DNA of 53,892 nucleotides, the filler included, from Sluysia triapertura (taxonomy: Eukaryota), in assembly GCA_046118255.1 (NCBI GenBank). It is 4 parts of 4 records of this genome, joined end to end, with 100 filler letters (N's around TTAATTAATTAA, not from the genome) between each part and the next. Parts side by side here need not be neighbours in the genome. Positions count along the whole stretch, not along the records: positions 1 to 14,664 come from JBJNIA010252527.1; 3 more parts are not named here. The stretch is one strand, 5' to 3'. Both the position numbers and the translations under genes were made by a program. Below are positions 1 to 14,763 of this stretch, in pieces. Position 1 is the first letter of the stretch. Every line of letters starts with the position of its first letter. The notes beneath the pieces are model-generated. The model had not been told where the DNA came from and did not search any database. It saw nothing but the letters and a program-made list of their open reading frames with translations.

Positions 1-120
1 CGTGAACGTCCTTATAGGTAAGATAAATCGTTTAGCGTAGGCGGACCCAGCTTCTAAAATTTATTTTATAATTGTTCAAGTAGATAAAATCCGAACAGTA
101 GTTTTGTGAGGTCTAGTGAA
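1..120 (+). repeat. Dispersed repeat family B (partial copy at window edge)
   Basis: acgtccttataggtaagataaatcgtttagcgtaggcggacc...ttataattgtt...ccgaacagta matches 22209-22310 (acgtccaatataggtaaatcgtttgacgtaggcggacc...ttataattgtt...ccgaacagta). A reverse copy lies at ~31960-32000 (tccgcttacgacatacgattta). Confidence 0.8.
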
Positions 121-1878
121 ATTGAGAATGTTAGAATGGATATTTAGATGGTGATTTAAGTTGTTGATTGAAAGTAATATTTGAATATTGGAAGACTGTG
201 ACCGTAAGATGCATTAAAAGTGTGGTTTGGTAAGTGTGAAAAGATAAATTATAATACAACTCTTGGTATATTTGAAAGGTTATTGTGCAATGTTTTATGT
301 GATTTGCTTATTTGTTATTTTTAAGTGGTATTGTATTTTGTGTTGTTGGTGATTATGTAATTACAAATGCTAAATTTAAGGTCTTGTAATTGATTCGAAG
401 GTGTAAAGTAGATAATTTCAAATGTGGTTATTATTTGATTGTTGTGAATGTCGAGTTACATGTTTTTGATGGATTTGTTGGTGTAAATTGGTTGTATTGG
501 ATGTAAATGTGAATATGATTGTGAATATGATTTAACTTCGACAGATGAACTGTTCTATAAGTGCAGAAAAGATGATATGTGAATATTAGAGTGTTAAAGA
601 TTATTTTTATCAAATGTTAATAGTAAGGGTTGACCACCACAATAGGTTTAGGACATTTGAGAAATAATGAAAACAATTAATAAAATAGTAATTTTAAAAA
701 ATACTAAATTTTAACAAAAAATTATCTACTCATGAAAATAAGTAGATAATAAACAAATATATATTTAAAAAAAGTAAATTTATTTTAAACAGTTAAATAT
801 AACTTACACGAGGGTAAGTAAATAATGGTTAATTTTATTAAATTAATAGTATATGCACAATCAATTTTATCCGGCTCAAGGTTAGTATAAAAGCAAATGC
901 TTTTTACTAACACAATCAGAATACAAATTACAATCTCAATTTACAATTTACAAATTTTTAATTATTTATTCATTAGTCATTTAATTCGTGCCTGGAACGG
1001 CCGTCATTAAATTTTTTTTTAAAATTAGTAAGTATTCATTATTGTAAGGACGTTTTACTCTTTGAAATAAAACATAAAAACCTTTTATTAATCTATTCAA
1101 CGCGATTTAATGAGGGTTAAAATCATTTTTAAAATTCACTTTATTTAATTAAATACCTAGGACTTTAATCGCACTATCATTTTACCACGTTATATAAAGT
1201 ATTATAATGCTTGGACTATAATACTACTTATCATTGTTTACATTTATTTTGTTACATAACTTCTTTCATTATATTGTAAAGTTAATAAAAATTCAAAAGC
1301 GGAAGTTTGAGTTTTGTTAGTGTTATTTTAAAAAATCATTAAGTATACCCTCTACTAACAGTAAATACGAAAACAAGAGCGTTAAATTCAAGTAAGAAAG
1401 TGCAATAAGATAATTTTATTTATTATACGTGAAATTAGCGCCACATTAGTTATCGGCACACCTACATGTTGTAAATCGTATACTGTAACTGAACCTGCTA
1501 AATTTATTTTGTCGATGGTTAACAATAAGAAACAACCACAGCAAAGTTAAAATTGAACTTCTTACACCAAAAAAAACAGATTTGAGTTATTTTCGCATTA
1601 CTTGTTTTGTTCAATGTCTCACTTTTTAAGTATCTGGGGAAATCTTTAAGAGGGACAAAATGGCTACGTTTCTGAAAGCAAACGTAGGTATGAAAAACGT
1701 ATTAACTATTCCATCAAATGTGGCAAGATTATTTAGAACAGGATGGATTATATTTTGTTTAAAATAATACATAGTTTAATAAATATTGTTACATTTAAAT
1801 TCATGGGAACAATGAAACATCTTTAAAATATTGAGAAGCCCATTAGGAAAAATTCTTTGAAAAACAGTTTGAAAGTGA

Positions 1879-3558
1879 CTAGATAAACTTACTCTGAGTT
1901 GTATTTAATTGATCATGTTCCATAAAAGAATCATCAGCTGTTTCACCAATTTCAGATTTAGAATTATTATACACATCCTTATTTTGAGCTATGTTCTCAT
2001 TTTCAATCTTAATTGTAATATGAGGTCTATCATCAGTAACACATGTGGTGTTGGTGGTATCTTCCTGATGATCTAAATCACTTCTAGAGAAACCGAATTC
2101 CGAATCATTCGTGGTTGTATTCATGTCTGTTCGAGACACCATCTCTACATTATGGATACCATCTCCATTCATATCTGTTATCACAGGATTACAATCCTCA
2201 GAATCATTAGAGGCAAACGATGATTGGATTGATTTATTGGCGTTCTACAAAAATAAAATTTAAAAAAATGTTAAAATCAAGAATGATTCTTAAGACTGCA
2301 TATTTGAGTTAGTGTAAAAATTCTGGATACTGTTTTGCAAATATATCTTACTAAACTTAAGAAATGTAATTCTTTATTTTGATATTTAAAACTCATGTTA
2401 TTCAATTTAATCCGATGAGACTAAAACAATTTCATATGAAGCTCGAGTTTAATCAACCAATGAATATTGCCTCGTTTAATTGCTCGTTTTGCGTTTATTT
2501 TGTTCTACACGGGCATTAATATGGCTGATACTTTTTAAAATACTCTAGTGTTTTTGCATATTATTTCTGCATTTGAGTTTTCATAATTTGTTTTAACAAA
2601 TGCAAATTTGTAATTGTTTTTATTTTTCTAAAACGAAGTCGCATTATCATAAGTAGTGTCCTTTCAATTTTTTAAACTAATTAATTAATTAATGTGATCG
2701 CACTTTATACAACCATGAAAGTAAGCTTATCATCTTATCAGAATCTTAAACCAACAAGTGTTAAAAACATACTTATCAAAAGTTAGTATATAATAAAGTT
2801 GTTAAAAAACTTTCCAAACAAATGGACTATTTAAAAGTTAATAATGAACTCGGCAACAAAAACTATTTAGAACGCAGAATTTATAAAATCTAAAAATATA
2901 ATGAATCAATTTCTAGTTAACGCTAAAAATATTTAGAATCCACAAACGACTAAAATTTTATTAATTAATTAAACAAAATATCGAAAATATTAATAAAACG
3001 AACGACATAATTATTATAGTGCAATTTGGATTTGCAGTGCTCTTCGTAATCAGGATTTTGTACAAACTGTTCACAAAGTACACAAAAATAACCACTGATT
3101 TTCAGTAAAGTTTCTTCACCTTGAAAATAAACCAATTAATATGAAAAATAAAAATTAACTAACCAATAATTTTACTAGGTGAATATGCCGCTATTCTTGC
3201 TATTTTAGTAGCAGGAACGCTACTATCAGTATTACTATCCGTATCACTGAATATTCCACGAACACCATTTACAAATGACGGCTTCTTTTTGTTTTGATTT
3301 CGAAATTTAGCATTACGGCTCATTTTATTATAAGTATTATTTCTTATTTTAATATAATTTGAAAGGGCCCGGTTACGGTTATTCAAACTAGTAATGCTAG
3401 TAACAGAACCAGCACTATTACTAATTATCCTAAAAGAGCCCTTATTTGTACTGAGAAAATAGGAGGGTCTTTTCTGTGCATTAGAGACAGCAATATGAGT
3501 CAGGCGGTGTTTTTCATAACTCCCAAAATAATCAGCATCACAGTAAATACATCGAAAT
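1879..3558 (-). CDS. Spliced zinc-finger protein gene (C2H2 finger + matrin/U1-type finger + acidic tail)
   Basis: Exons 3558-3164 (FRCIYCDADYFGSYEKHRLTH...), 3119-3004 (GEETLLKISGYFCVLCEQFVQNPDYEEHCKSKLHYNNYV) and 2244-~1879 (NANKSIQ...) are joined by GT..AG introns (3163-3120, 44 nt; 3003-2245) with matching phases. The 3' end is either the TAG at 1879 or a further splice at gtaag near 1892. Confidence 0.8.
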
Positions 3559-6500
3559 CTAAGTTACAGAGTTGTGGCAAAAAATCAAATTAGTTATAGT
3601 TTGAACCAAGGCTGTGTCATCGAAATATTATTAAATAAATTATTATTATTCGAGGAGCTATTCAGCATTTTTATTAAATCGTTATTAATCAAAATAGTGA
3701 AATTATATTAAACATTCAAACACAAAATTACACACAATAAAATGATCATGTTGTCATGATAAAATATATTGCTAAAATACATTGAATTCTTTTATCTCAA
3801 TTTCTTTGCATTTAAGCAATACCATGTTTTAAATGTCATACAAGAAAATATTACAAAACTAATACATGAATGTATAATATTTCCTTTACATTTTGAGCAT
3901 GATGCTTTTTGTGCTACTCTATTTAATAAAATTATAATCATATTTGAAGAAAATACCCAATAGGATGTTCATACCATTTTATACGACAAATAAGTTATTT
4001 TTGAATTCATTAGAAATACAGTTCCGTTAAAAATGACAGTTTGGAATGTAACAAATCAGTTAAGAATATTCTAATTTACTTTCATTTATTCTCAAACGTG
4101 GATATTTTGTAATATATTGTTAATGTTTTCAGTTGGTAAAATTAATTTAATCATTTTAATTAAATTAATTAATTAAATTAAATTCGTAAAATTTAGTCAA
4201 CTGATCAAAATTTATTGTATTTATAATTATTTTTAGACAACTAAGAATCGGAACTAGTCTGACTGGAAACTTCACCATATACATTCTGATGTTTGTCCAT
4301 TACTAATTCCAATTATCGATAAATTTAAATACCAATTTGTGAAATATATAACAATCATCCACGAATGCGAAAAGTTATAATCTCTTTAGTCTCTTTGTTA
4401 TGTGAATATGAATTAAAAATATTAATTTTTTACACAAATTCTAATACAATAATTTTGAAAATCAATACTACTTTTACAAAAATATTGAGATATCAATTAA
4501 CTTATAAATTCTAATTAATAAGTACACTTAATAATTTAATCACCCACTGAAGAATTAAAATTAATTATTTCTGACTTTCCAAAGATGCTGAATTTATAAC
4601 TCCTGATCTCAAAAAATTTAATTACAAAAATAATTATAATTAATATAATGATTGAAACCACAACCCCAGCTTAAAATATTAATAATAGTAATAATAAATT
4701 CAATCTTAAATCAAATAAACCACTGAAATGTTTTTAAATTATAATTAATTGCAATAGATAAAAATTTGAACTAATATGTGATATTTAAATCGCCATTGTT
4801 AAATTGGTTTTGAATGCAAAAATAATAATAACTTATTAAATAATAAGTAATTTGCTAATAGAAATTAGACGAAGTATTTTAACTAATGGATTTAGATTAT
4901 GGTAAAATAATATCGGTTACCGGATTTTATATAATTTTGCAAAGTTTATAATACTTATCGATAAAGTAAAAATGTTTGATAAAATGTGTTTTACAAGTAT
5001 CGTTTTAAATAGTATTACCACATTAAAATAAATCATACGTAAAATTAATTGATAAATTAACAAAACTAACAATACAAAACTATTACAGAAGTAGTTTAAA
5101 ATTTTACCACTCTAAATATCGATTTTAAGATATGCAGACGGAAATAGACAAATTCATCAAACTAAAAAATACAGACACAGCATCATAATAGATTGTGGTA
5201 ACATTTTAGTACATTAATGTTTATCATATAAACAAGGTAAGCATTTCTGTGTGATTCTTTTTTAACAGTCATGTTCGTTTATATAAACCTATTTATTCTT
5301 AATTTTGAGTAATATTAAGGTATTTGTGCAGAAAATGCAAGAATTCAGAAATATCTTAAATAATGATAGGAGTATTAAATTCGAAATATAACCAAGTTCA
5401 ATTTATAGAGCGGAATGTGGTAATTGTTCAATTGATAAATCTAGTTACTATTTTTTTCCATATTTTACTTTCAAAAACTGAATGATTATGATTATAAATT
5501 AAGAATTTAACCAAAAATGAAAAGCAAACAATAAAAATTCCCCAAAACCAATAAGTTTCTGATAAAGCGACAAAGCCTGGATTAAAAAGTTTAATGGCTC
5601 CATTTAAATATTTAAGTCCATCTGAAAAATAAACATAAGGAAAAGGACATTAACTTAACTTCAATAGAGTTTTACAAAAGAAAAGCTTGTATTATTTAAG
5701 AAAAACGTTGCACAAAGAGGGTACTCCGTTTAATCACGTAATAAATGTGAATGCAGCCAAATGTAATTTAATTTTCAATATAACGCAAAAATAAAAATAA
5801 ATAGTAAGATTCTACCAGACTGTATTCAGTAAAGATTATGTATAGGAACTACAGTACTTCATCTCCAGAATGCAATCGAAGAATGTTCGAAAATTATCAG
5901 ATTTATAAAGTAATGAATGTAACAAAAAAAATCTTTCACGAGCATCGCTAAAAATTTATAACAGTATAATTTATAACTGCGTAAAACAGCAGTTCTTGGA
6001 ACGGTCAGAAAATGTGGCTGGTAACTTTTTTTTATCACTAAATCGCTCAGCACCAACACGAATATATTTAGAATTCAAAAGTTCAAATTAATGTTTTCTT
6101 ATTTTTTGACCGACTTGTAAGGATATCGAAAGAATCGATGCCTGTTTTCACGACCTAGAAGTTCGTATGTCAAAAGCTAACGAATTAAATCGACCTTGTA
6201 ATGTCGCAATAATTAAGAAATTTTCAAAGGCGTATGCGTCCTTGTTTAACGAATAGAAACCTATTCTACTAAATAATGTTAACGAGGCTATGAGAAGAGG
6301 TATCGATATACTTGGATCATATTTGTAGAAATAAACAAAATATTGTTTATAATAAAATAGTGATTATTTTTTGTTTAAGTATTAAAATTATTTTAGCTAT
6401 TAAAAAGAATTTTACAGTTGTTATGAAAAATAATATTGTATGAATTGATAGTTCTAGAAGTAAAAGGCTTACAACCATGAAAAAAGTGTCTATCCGAAAC

Positions 6501-7590
6501 AAATTTATTGTTTATACACAAGATCAATTTTATAATGAATTAGCCATATCTAATCAATTCATTCCTACTTTGGGCGGATTTCAACGCAAAATGTTCCAAT
6601 TTTCAAAATTTCACTATATTTTGAAAAGCCAAATTTAAGTTGCCACCTCGATTTTTTGTTTGCTATGCCAGAAGACGAATTATCCTACTATGTCGAAAAG
6701 TTGTGAACTAAGTTGATGTCCATCGTTGGTGAGACACGATATAATGTTAAAAGCGGTATAAATTACTAAACTAGTTACGTTATTAATTGCATAAATTATT
6801 TATTACTTATAATACAAATTATTTAAATTACTCTAGTACCTCTGTTGTTATTAGCTGTATAAACTCCTCTATTGATTATAATATCGAAAGATGATTTATT
6901 CTTTTACTGATAACGTTAAACGTTGCACAATTCATCTTATTAGATACATCACAAAATTACATTTTTCAATTGTAAATGTATTTCAGAAAACTGCCCCAAA
7001 TTTGATTTTACAAAGTCGTACAAAAAGAGAATCGTGCAATTGTAAATTTAAACCTTATAAATTCATAAATGAGACACAAGTATCTGACATCGAGTCAAAA
7101 CTTTTGCGCAATTAGTAATGACATCCAAAAAAAGTACCTTATAATGATTATTTAAATACAACTTGTAGCTTAGATTATAAAGTGTAATGTTACAATTCTG
7201 AAAACCACTGAAATAAAGTGTTTTGAATAACTTAAAAACCACACGATTCAAATATAATTTAAAAACGGTGGCAACACCGCATAACCCAATGACTGTCCTC
7301 TCAATCTTTGTAAAATCGGTATTACTTGTTCTTTGTAAATTTCATATTAAAGTTAGCGTGTAATTCAATTTATCATTATTTTACAGAAATTGACCTCTTA
7401 TCGGAATGCTGTTACATAATCTCAAATTGTTATCCTTTTGAATCTCTAGATGCTCTTGTCAATAAATCTAAACCTGTTTTTGAACATACTACGATTGTCG
7501 TGAACAATGTCAAAATACAAAAATTTAGATAAGTAGTTCGTTACAGATTTTATGAATTATTAGAATATATTTTTGTTTTATACTGTTATA

Positions 7591-7776
7591 CAGTGCATTT
7601 CCCTATAACGCGGTACATAACGCGTTATAATTTTTTAACTAAATACAACGCAAACATAAGTATACAAATATAAAAAATAGTTTAATTATCAATGATTCAA
7701 CATGGGTAATAATTAAATTATTTTTCATTAACGCGTTTTCTTGTTATACGAATTCGCGCTATTAGGGGATCCACCG
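7591..7776. mobile_element. Pogo/Tigger-like MITE
   Basis: TA|CAGTGCATTTCCCTATAACGCG ... CGCGCTATTAGGGGATCCACCG|TA: imperfect ~22-bp TIRs, TA target duplication, no ORF. Confidence 0.7.
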
Positions 7777-10700
7777 TATTTTTAATTTGAAAACAAATGC
7801 CGATAAGAGATCAAAACATTCCCAATATTGCATTGAATTAATCGAAATAAGCCTAAAATTTCTCCCTTATAATTTTATCTACGATTTAAATTCTAACTCA
7901 AAATATCCTAAATAGCAGAGGAAACTATATATCCATTTACCGCATCACAAAATTTGATAATTAAACTGTTACAACTTTTTGTTCACATATATAACTTTTC
8001 TAAAGTTCAAAAAATTTGGCAGTTAACTGATTAAATTTACTAACAAAAATTCATATCAGAAAAAACCTTTTCCCTAGTGTTAATTCTAAGGCCAATTTCA
8101 TTCCAATATTATATTTATACATTGTTTTTTTTCGCGTGGCTAATTTCGATGTAATATGATCATGGATTTGCATTAGCTCGTGTAATTTATTCATTTCGTC
8201 TAAGATCTATCTCCGTCACAACTTCAGCCTTTTATTTTTTCCAATTAAATCTATTTTCATTTTATTTTATTTACTTCTTGAGTTAGCCACTGAAACATCT
8301 TAGTTTTCTCTTTTAAAACTAGAATTTTTTAAGTTGAATCTTTTCAAAAAGATTTAATCAAATTATTTTAACTGTAAGTTCTGCTTAAGAAAAACAAAGT
8401 GATATTGAATGACTGTGATCTTAGTATATATTATTTCAAGTAAAACAACTTTTGCTTTCTTTAAAATATTATTTAATCGATTACGTGAATATCTTCTCCC
8501 GCAAGCTGGATATACCCGCAACAACTAACGTATAAATGTTGCATAAGGTAGGCATTACTAAGAGACTAGACAATAAAAAAGCAAGTTATTCTTCATGTCT
8601 CAAAGAGACTTAAGGGTCAAACAAAGTAATTTCCACCACATAGTCAGTTATTCAAGCCGAGTAAACTCCATCCACAATTAATTTCATTGTAGTAAATAGC
8701 ATTAATATTTTAATTGTCATTTTTAATCTATTCAGTATCCTAAAAGTTGTATAATTTAACAAATAAATTTGAATTAAATAAAGCCAGTATATCTAACACT
8801 AATACTTTGATTCAATTCTTCTTATAGAAGTATTTCTATACAATATTTTTTCTTGCATTTTAAAATTAAAAATTTTAAAACGACGATTTTGACACGCGAT
8901 TGAATATTTGAATCGTAGGTTAAAATATTTCTATGATAAAAATTAAATTTTTATCATTATAAAGTTCGGTTTGATCTTGTTATTATGAATAACGTGAATG
9001 TAAAGTTTTAAACTGAAAGATCTTCAGAATACACAATTGTGCATTTTTTTTCTAGCCATTATTTAACAGAATAGCTTTCGCGATGAATGGCAAAATCAAC
9101 CAAAATGCTAACAAATACAATTAAATTTAATATTAAAAGTATTTCCAAGAAAATCAATAAGTTTTAAAAAAAATCAATATTTTTTTAAAAACGTCATGTA
9201 TAATACAACTATGAAAAAAGGTGCAGGTTAAAATTAATGAATACATAAATAGAACATGAAATGGAATATACGTTTTAACCAGATGACGTAATAAATATTT
9301 TTACTTCTACACGCTGATAAAAATGTTTACATGCTTTCAAAACAATAAAAATATGAAATCAAATAAGTTGCTTGTAATCCAATAAAAGGATTTGTATGAA
9401 ACAAAAGTACATTATGGAAAATTTTTTAAATTAAAACCAAAATCGAAATAGATAAATAGTTCAAATTTGAATAACGGTCAATATCAACATTTGATAACTT
9501 TTTTCACTACATTTGAAGAGCACGTAATGAGTTAAAACGAAAATCTATTCTTTGACAACATCAATATTAAAAATTCGTAAATCGGAAAATATGTCTTCTA
9601 AATATATTTCAGTATCATTTTTTGTTTTTTAAATTTAAAATATTGTTTTACAAATCACGAACCTTTAAAAATTGTAAAGATATTTTAAATCAAATATTTA
9701 AAATAAATTAAATTCAGTGATATATGAAATTAACACATACATTACAGTTTTATTTGGTACCTATTACATTTGTACGTAGTAAAATTAAAAAAGAATTTCA
9801 ATATTTTATCTTCGTAAAAAAATAAAATTGGGTAATATATTTACAAATTTATATTCATTTTACACATCTGGTAATAATTAGTTTTAAATTTCAAAAATTA
9901 ATTGGTTTCCCGTTATGCAAAATTACGTTGTTCGAGGTATATTTATAATAGATTTCAATGGAATTATGATAAAAAGTTAAACATTTATAGTGTTAAAATT
10001 GTTTTATATAAAAACCCACTTTATCAATTAACCTTATTTCGGTATTCGAACAAAGATTTGAGAAAAAATTCAATAAGTAATAAATAAATGGTATATAACA
10101 TTATTAACATGAAATCCATATACTGAAACATAATTGTTCTCAAGAAGCAAAAGCATATTGAGACAATTTAAGAATGTATGAAATATTACATTTACCCGAA
10201 TTTTTCGGAAATATCACGAAAGGTTCGATTATTTTTAATAAATAGGATTTATTTTAACATATACATCATACAAATTCAGATATTTAAACTTATATGAATT
10301 AAGGAATACGTATAGTTACTATAAATTCATAATCTAACGTACTTCAAAATTAAATAAATTTAAGCAATATATTTCGCATAAAAATGAGTGCACAAATTCA
10401 AACAGTTCTTAATGTAAGCCTAGATTAACAACTAATGAAAAATTAATATATTTTTTAAATTAATACTGCACTGAAAAAATTTCAACACAAAACATTAATG
10501 CTTTTACTTCACAGATATCAAAAAAGCATAACCAGACATAGTTTGCTTCTTTACGCATACAATAGTATGATATTGAGAAATTTGCAATTGCATAAAATAG
10601 TTAAAGGTATCTAAGGATAAATACTGTATTAATTTAACGTTCTATAATCAAGTTTGAAGCAACTACACTTAATTATAATACCTTAAACATATTACGATAT

Positions 10701-10990
10701 TATTTTAATGTCATTTATAATGCTTAATAAATTTATTTCAACACCAATACGCATATATGAACATTGTCTCACTCCTTCATAAAATGACGTAACAGATTTG
10801 CCTTAAAAACTAATATATTACAGTAAATATCACTTAACCCCATTTGACTAAATAAATATTTGTCATATTTAATTTGATAATGATTTATTCCAAAAACTAA
10901 GTAGTCATCCAAAAAATCTCTAATACGTACATTAAATACATAACTCTTATTATAAAACACGCTCTTAAGAGTTTTACCACTTTAACTTAC

Positions 10991-11214
10991 CGTTTATAAT
11001 TCATGAAGTTTAAACATTTATGGCGCTTAACTAAAATTGTAATGTTATCTTAATTCAGCAAAAGCCGCAATTTGTAAAAGTTGTACTAACTTTCTGTTTA
11101 ACTGAAGCGAATTCGAAACTGGAACAACAGGTTGACCAACTTTGAATCTTACAAAACTATTCTAAAAAAGCCAAATTTTACCACTTTAATAAACACTTAC
11201 CGTAAAATTCATTT
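10991..11214 (-). CDS. Candidate 5' exons of the zinc-finger gene
   Basis: Three short exons with canonical ~40-60-nt introns. The last ends ATG AAT TAT AAA CG|gtaagt (ATG at 11004). It is phase-compatible with the A-TTT-CGA-TGT start of the exon at 3558, giving MNYKRFRCIYC across a ~7.4-kb intron. Confidence 0.45.
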
Positions 11215-14209
11215 TCTGAAACCGATAAACAAATTATTCTAGATTTTAAATAATATATGGCAATAATTTCAAATTAAATTTCAACTTTATTTTATTTACA
11301 CAATGATTCTTAATGATTTTTATTCTTTATGTATATATTTAAACAAACAATATTTTGATGGCGGATTTGGAATTACTTTATTAAATTAAAAATTTATTAT
11401 TTTAAATAAAGCGAACCCAAATAAATGAAACGTAATACAAAATATATCCAATAAATTATGATTGAATTTTCCCTTTACTTAAAAATCGTTTTCTGCAATA
11501 TCATCTTGTCTCAGAGTAGAATCCTAAAATAAAATTACATTTCAAAAATTCACTAAATTATTTTAAAAATCATAATTTTTTTCAAATATAATGATTATCA
11601 GAAACTAAACCTAAATTTTAATAACATCACTTAAGCCAATATTTGGATATACAAAGAACACTCATTTTGAAGATTATTTTAAAATATGTAAAATTGTGGT
11701 TATATAAAATGAATTACCATAAGTATACAAAGTGCATGAAGTTAGATCTAAGTGGAAGCAAATTATGGATTTTTATCAAATAAACTTCTTTTAAATATTA
11801 TTTATAGAATAATTTAAAACTTTATTAACAATTTACGTGAAATAATTCATACCTAGTCTAATATAAAAATCATTTTAACAAACCAAACGATGCTTTTCAA
11901 CCACTTTTTTACGCAATTCTTAATATTTATTGCAATGTACTTTCAAACCCTTGATATGAAAATAATTATCACAAAAAAGCTCCCAAAAACGCTTAAAACA
12001 GTCTTAAAGGCACTCAATATTTTTAAATACTGCATAACAGATATTTTGAATTACCTTGTAGGTGATTGTACATCTTTTAAGCATTGTACACTCTTCAGAC
12101 TTCTATACTACACTTCTGATACATTTAATAACAGTTCTATATTAAAGATATATTCATTTTGGCTTTTCACAATCCATTATTTCCGGGATATATTCAGTAC
12201 TTCTGTAACGTAATCAGTTATAAAGTCTCATCATAATTTCGAAGTCTACACTTGTTTTTATGGTAATTATTTTTTTATATTTAAAATCACTTAATCATCA
12301 CGATCAGTATATAATCATCATATGTTTTCATTAACAAAATAATCAGTATGTGTGCCAATTCAAATTTCATTGGATGCAAAAAATTTTAATATAGCTGATA
12401 ATTAATTTTGTTCCCAAATTATGGACTTCAATTAAAGTTTTATTAATCAGTTGTCTTTAACATGGTTTAACTTAGTTTATTGATTATAATTTTAAAACAC
12501 TAGGCAAGATTTAGAATTAAAGTTTTATCACATAAATGTGAACACGTTCAACGTAAAGTTGTTACGAAATGGGTCAATTCTAAACTAAAATGAAGCAGTC
12601 AAATATAGATTAAAATTCTAGCAGAAACATGTTAAATATTTCACGTTAATGTTGGAAACATTAATTGATGAAATAAATGACGAACGTGTAACTTTTACAA
12701 AATAGATCAATTGTTATATAAGTAAAATAAAATACGGAGATAATTCAGCATGAGTGTATATGGCAATATTTAGAGCTACAATTCCAGGATCTTAAAATTG
12801 GAAAACTCATGCTTATTCCTTAGAGTCGGTTTACGTTGACCAATTTTAATAGTCAAATTTTATCAGTAATTTCCCCGAATCTCCGTCTCATTATTATCCA
12901 GCAATTACCCAAAGATAATGAATTTTGTGACAAACAAATTATTACCTTTTCAGAATAAAATCAAATTTAACGTTCTTACAGTTAAAATAATACATTAATT
13001 TAAATTGAATACAAATATAATCAAATATAAAACTTATTTCCAATAATAACTTTTGATAGAATGCTCAACTTGTCAATTTCAATAATATGCATAAAATGAT
13101 CTCTTAATGAGTATTGATTTAATACATACTATTACTAGGCATGATCATTATAACACAGATGAATTTAACTTTATAAAAAAATTGATTAAAATTAACTATT
13201 TTACGTTATCTACGTCGACATTTCACGTATTATTTCGATTTTCATAACGCTAATAAATTTCCTCGTATTTCATTATATATGCGTTTTCCTCATATACAAA
13301 CATCATGTACAAAATTACCAAGTCTAAATGATTTTCAAATAATTTTAATTAAATTAATTAATAAATTTAATTATATTTTTTTTCTTTAAAACGCGAAACT
13401 TTAGAAAATGTTGCTTCCATCAATTTTATACGTATATCCATTAATTATCGTATAATTAATTAACAAGTATAATTTGTCATATGATGTTTACTTTTTCCTT
13501 TTTTGTTATTGCCCACATTATTCTGGCTTTCCTTCAGCTTACAAACTGCGTCACATCTCAAACCCAAAAACAAGTACTTAATTTCTTTGAGAAATTAAGA
13601 TATTTATTGAATTTTAAACTTCAAAACACGCACAGACAAGTAGATTTAAACTCCGTGTCAAGATGGATTATAAATAATAGTTAAAGTAGATAAATTAAGT
13701 AACATAAAGTAATACACGCGTAAGGAAACGCCAAATAAATTTTTCCATCATAGTTAAACGTTAGCATCTAATGTGTTCTAGAAGAAAGTAAATTATATCT
13801 ATTTTTATTTAATTTTCGCAAATATAAGATAGTATTGGAATAAGTACACTTAATAAGTGATTGAAACACAATTTTCTTAATTGTTCTGTTATGCAAGTAT
13901 GCTATTTATATAAAATCATCAAAAATAATGTAAAATATGTGTAATATATTATACAAAAAAATCAAATTCTAACTTCTTTCGTTTCCGTTTCTGAATTACT
14001 TGAGTTTTCTTTCTCATTATCTTCAGCAAAATCAACTTTTTCAGACCATAAAACACTTTTGTTTGTAATACCTTTTGAATTTGATAGCTTTAATATAGAT
14101 TTTATTTTTTGATTTAATTCGAAAGTTTCCGCTGTACCGTCCTAGATATAAAAATCAAACTCAACATTTATAATAAGAAATATAACTGACCATTTTATAA
14201 TTTACTTAA

Positions 14210-14388
14210 CACTAGAAGGACCAAGTGCGTCAATTGACGCAAGTGACATACTTGAGTAATGCCATCACCGGAGTTTACGTAGGAAAATTATGAAAAAAAT
14301 ACAATGATGTCACAGCCTTAATTACAAGCACTTGTGTCAATTAACACACGTGGCCTTCTAGATATTAAAAATTATGGCCCTTCTAATG
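14210..14388. mobile_element. piggyBac-like MITE (TTAA target) with duplicated right end
   Basis: TTAA|CACTAGAAGGACCAAGTGCGTCAATTGACGCAAGTG pairs with CACTTGTGTCAATTAACACACGTGGCCTTCTAGATA|TTAA (end 14364). A second right end, GGCCCTTCTAATG|TTAA, ends at 14388. Confidence 0.75.
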
Positions 14389-14664
14389 TTAAAAATACTG
14401 GCATATCTAATTATAATAATCCAAAAAATATTAATTTTAGTAATATTAATTCATTATTAACGAAAATTCTGGTCAAATAATTCTAATTTTCTCACGTTCT
14501 TTATCTTTCCGTCAAACAAATATAAATAGGATCTTTCCATGCGCCATATTACCACGATTAAACATAGAACAGGCGCAATATATTTATCATTGAGAAATTA
14601 TTGGTAATGTTGCCCAAAAAATCATGAATATAAATAAAATTTGAATAAGTTTTATAATGAAATA

Positions 14665-14763
14665 NNNNNNNNNNNNNNNNNNNNNNNNNNNNNNNNNNNN
14701 NNNNNNNNTTAATTAATTAANNNNNNNNNNNNNNNNNNNNNNNNNNNNNNNNNNNNNNNNNNN
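14665..14763. other. Assembly join: N run with TTAATTAATTAA linker
   Basis: Ns flank a 12-mer that has stop codons in all six frames; the same construct occurs three times. Confidence 0.98.

Noticed and set aside
13960-14600. Possible terminal exons of a minus-strand gene
   Set aside because: There is an acceptor and an open frame (GRYSGNFRIK...KRKLK*), but no recognisable homology and the contig ends upstream.
14709-14720. TTAATTAATTAA flanked by Ns (also 27173-27184 and 40875-40886) as a biological repeat
   Set aside because: Identical, centred in ~100-bp N runs, with stops in all six frames: a scaffolding artefact.
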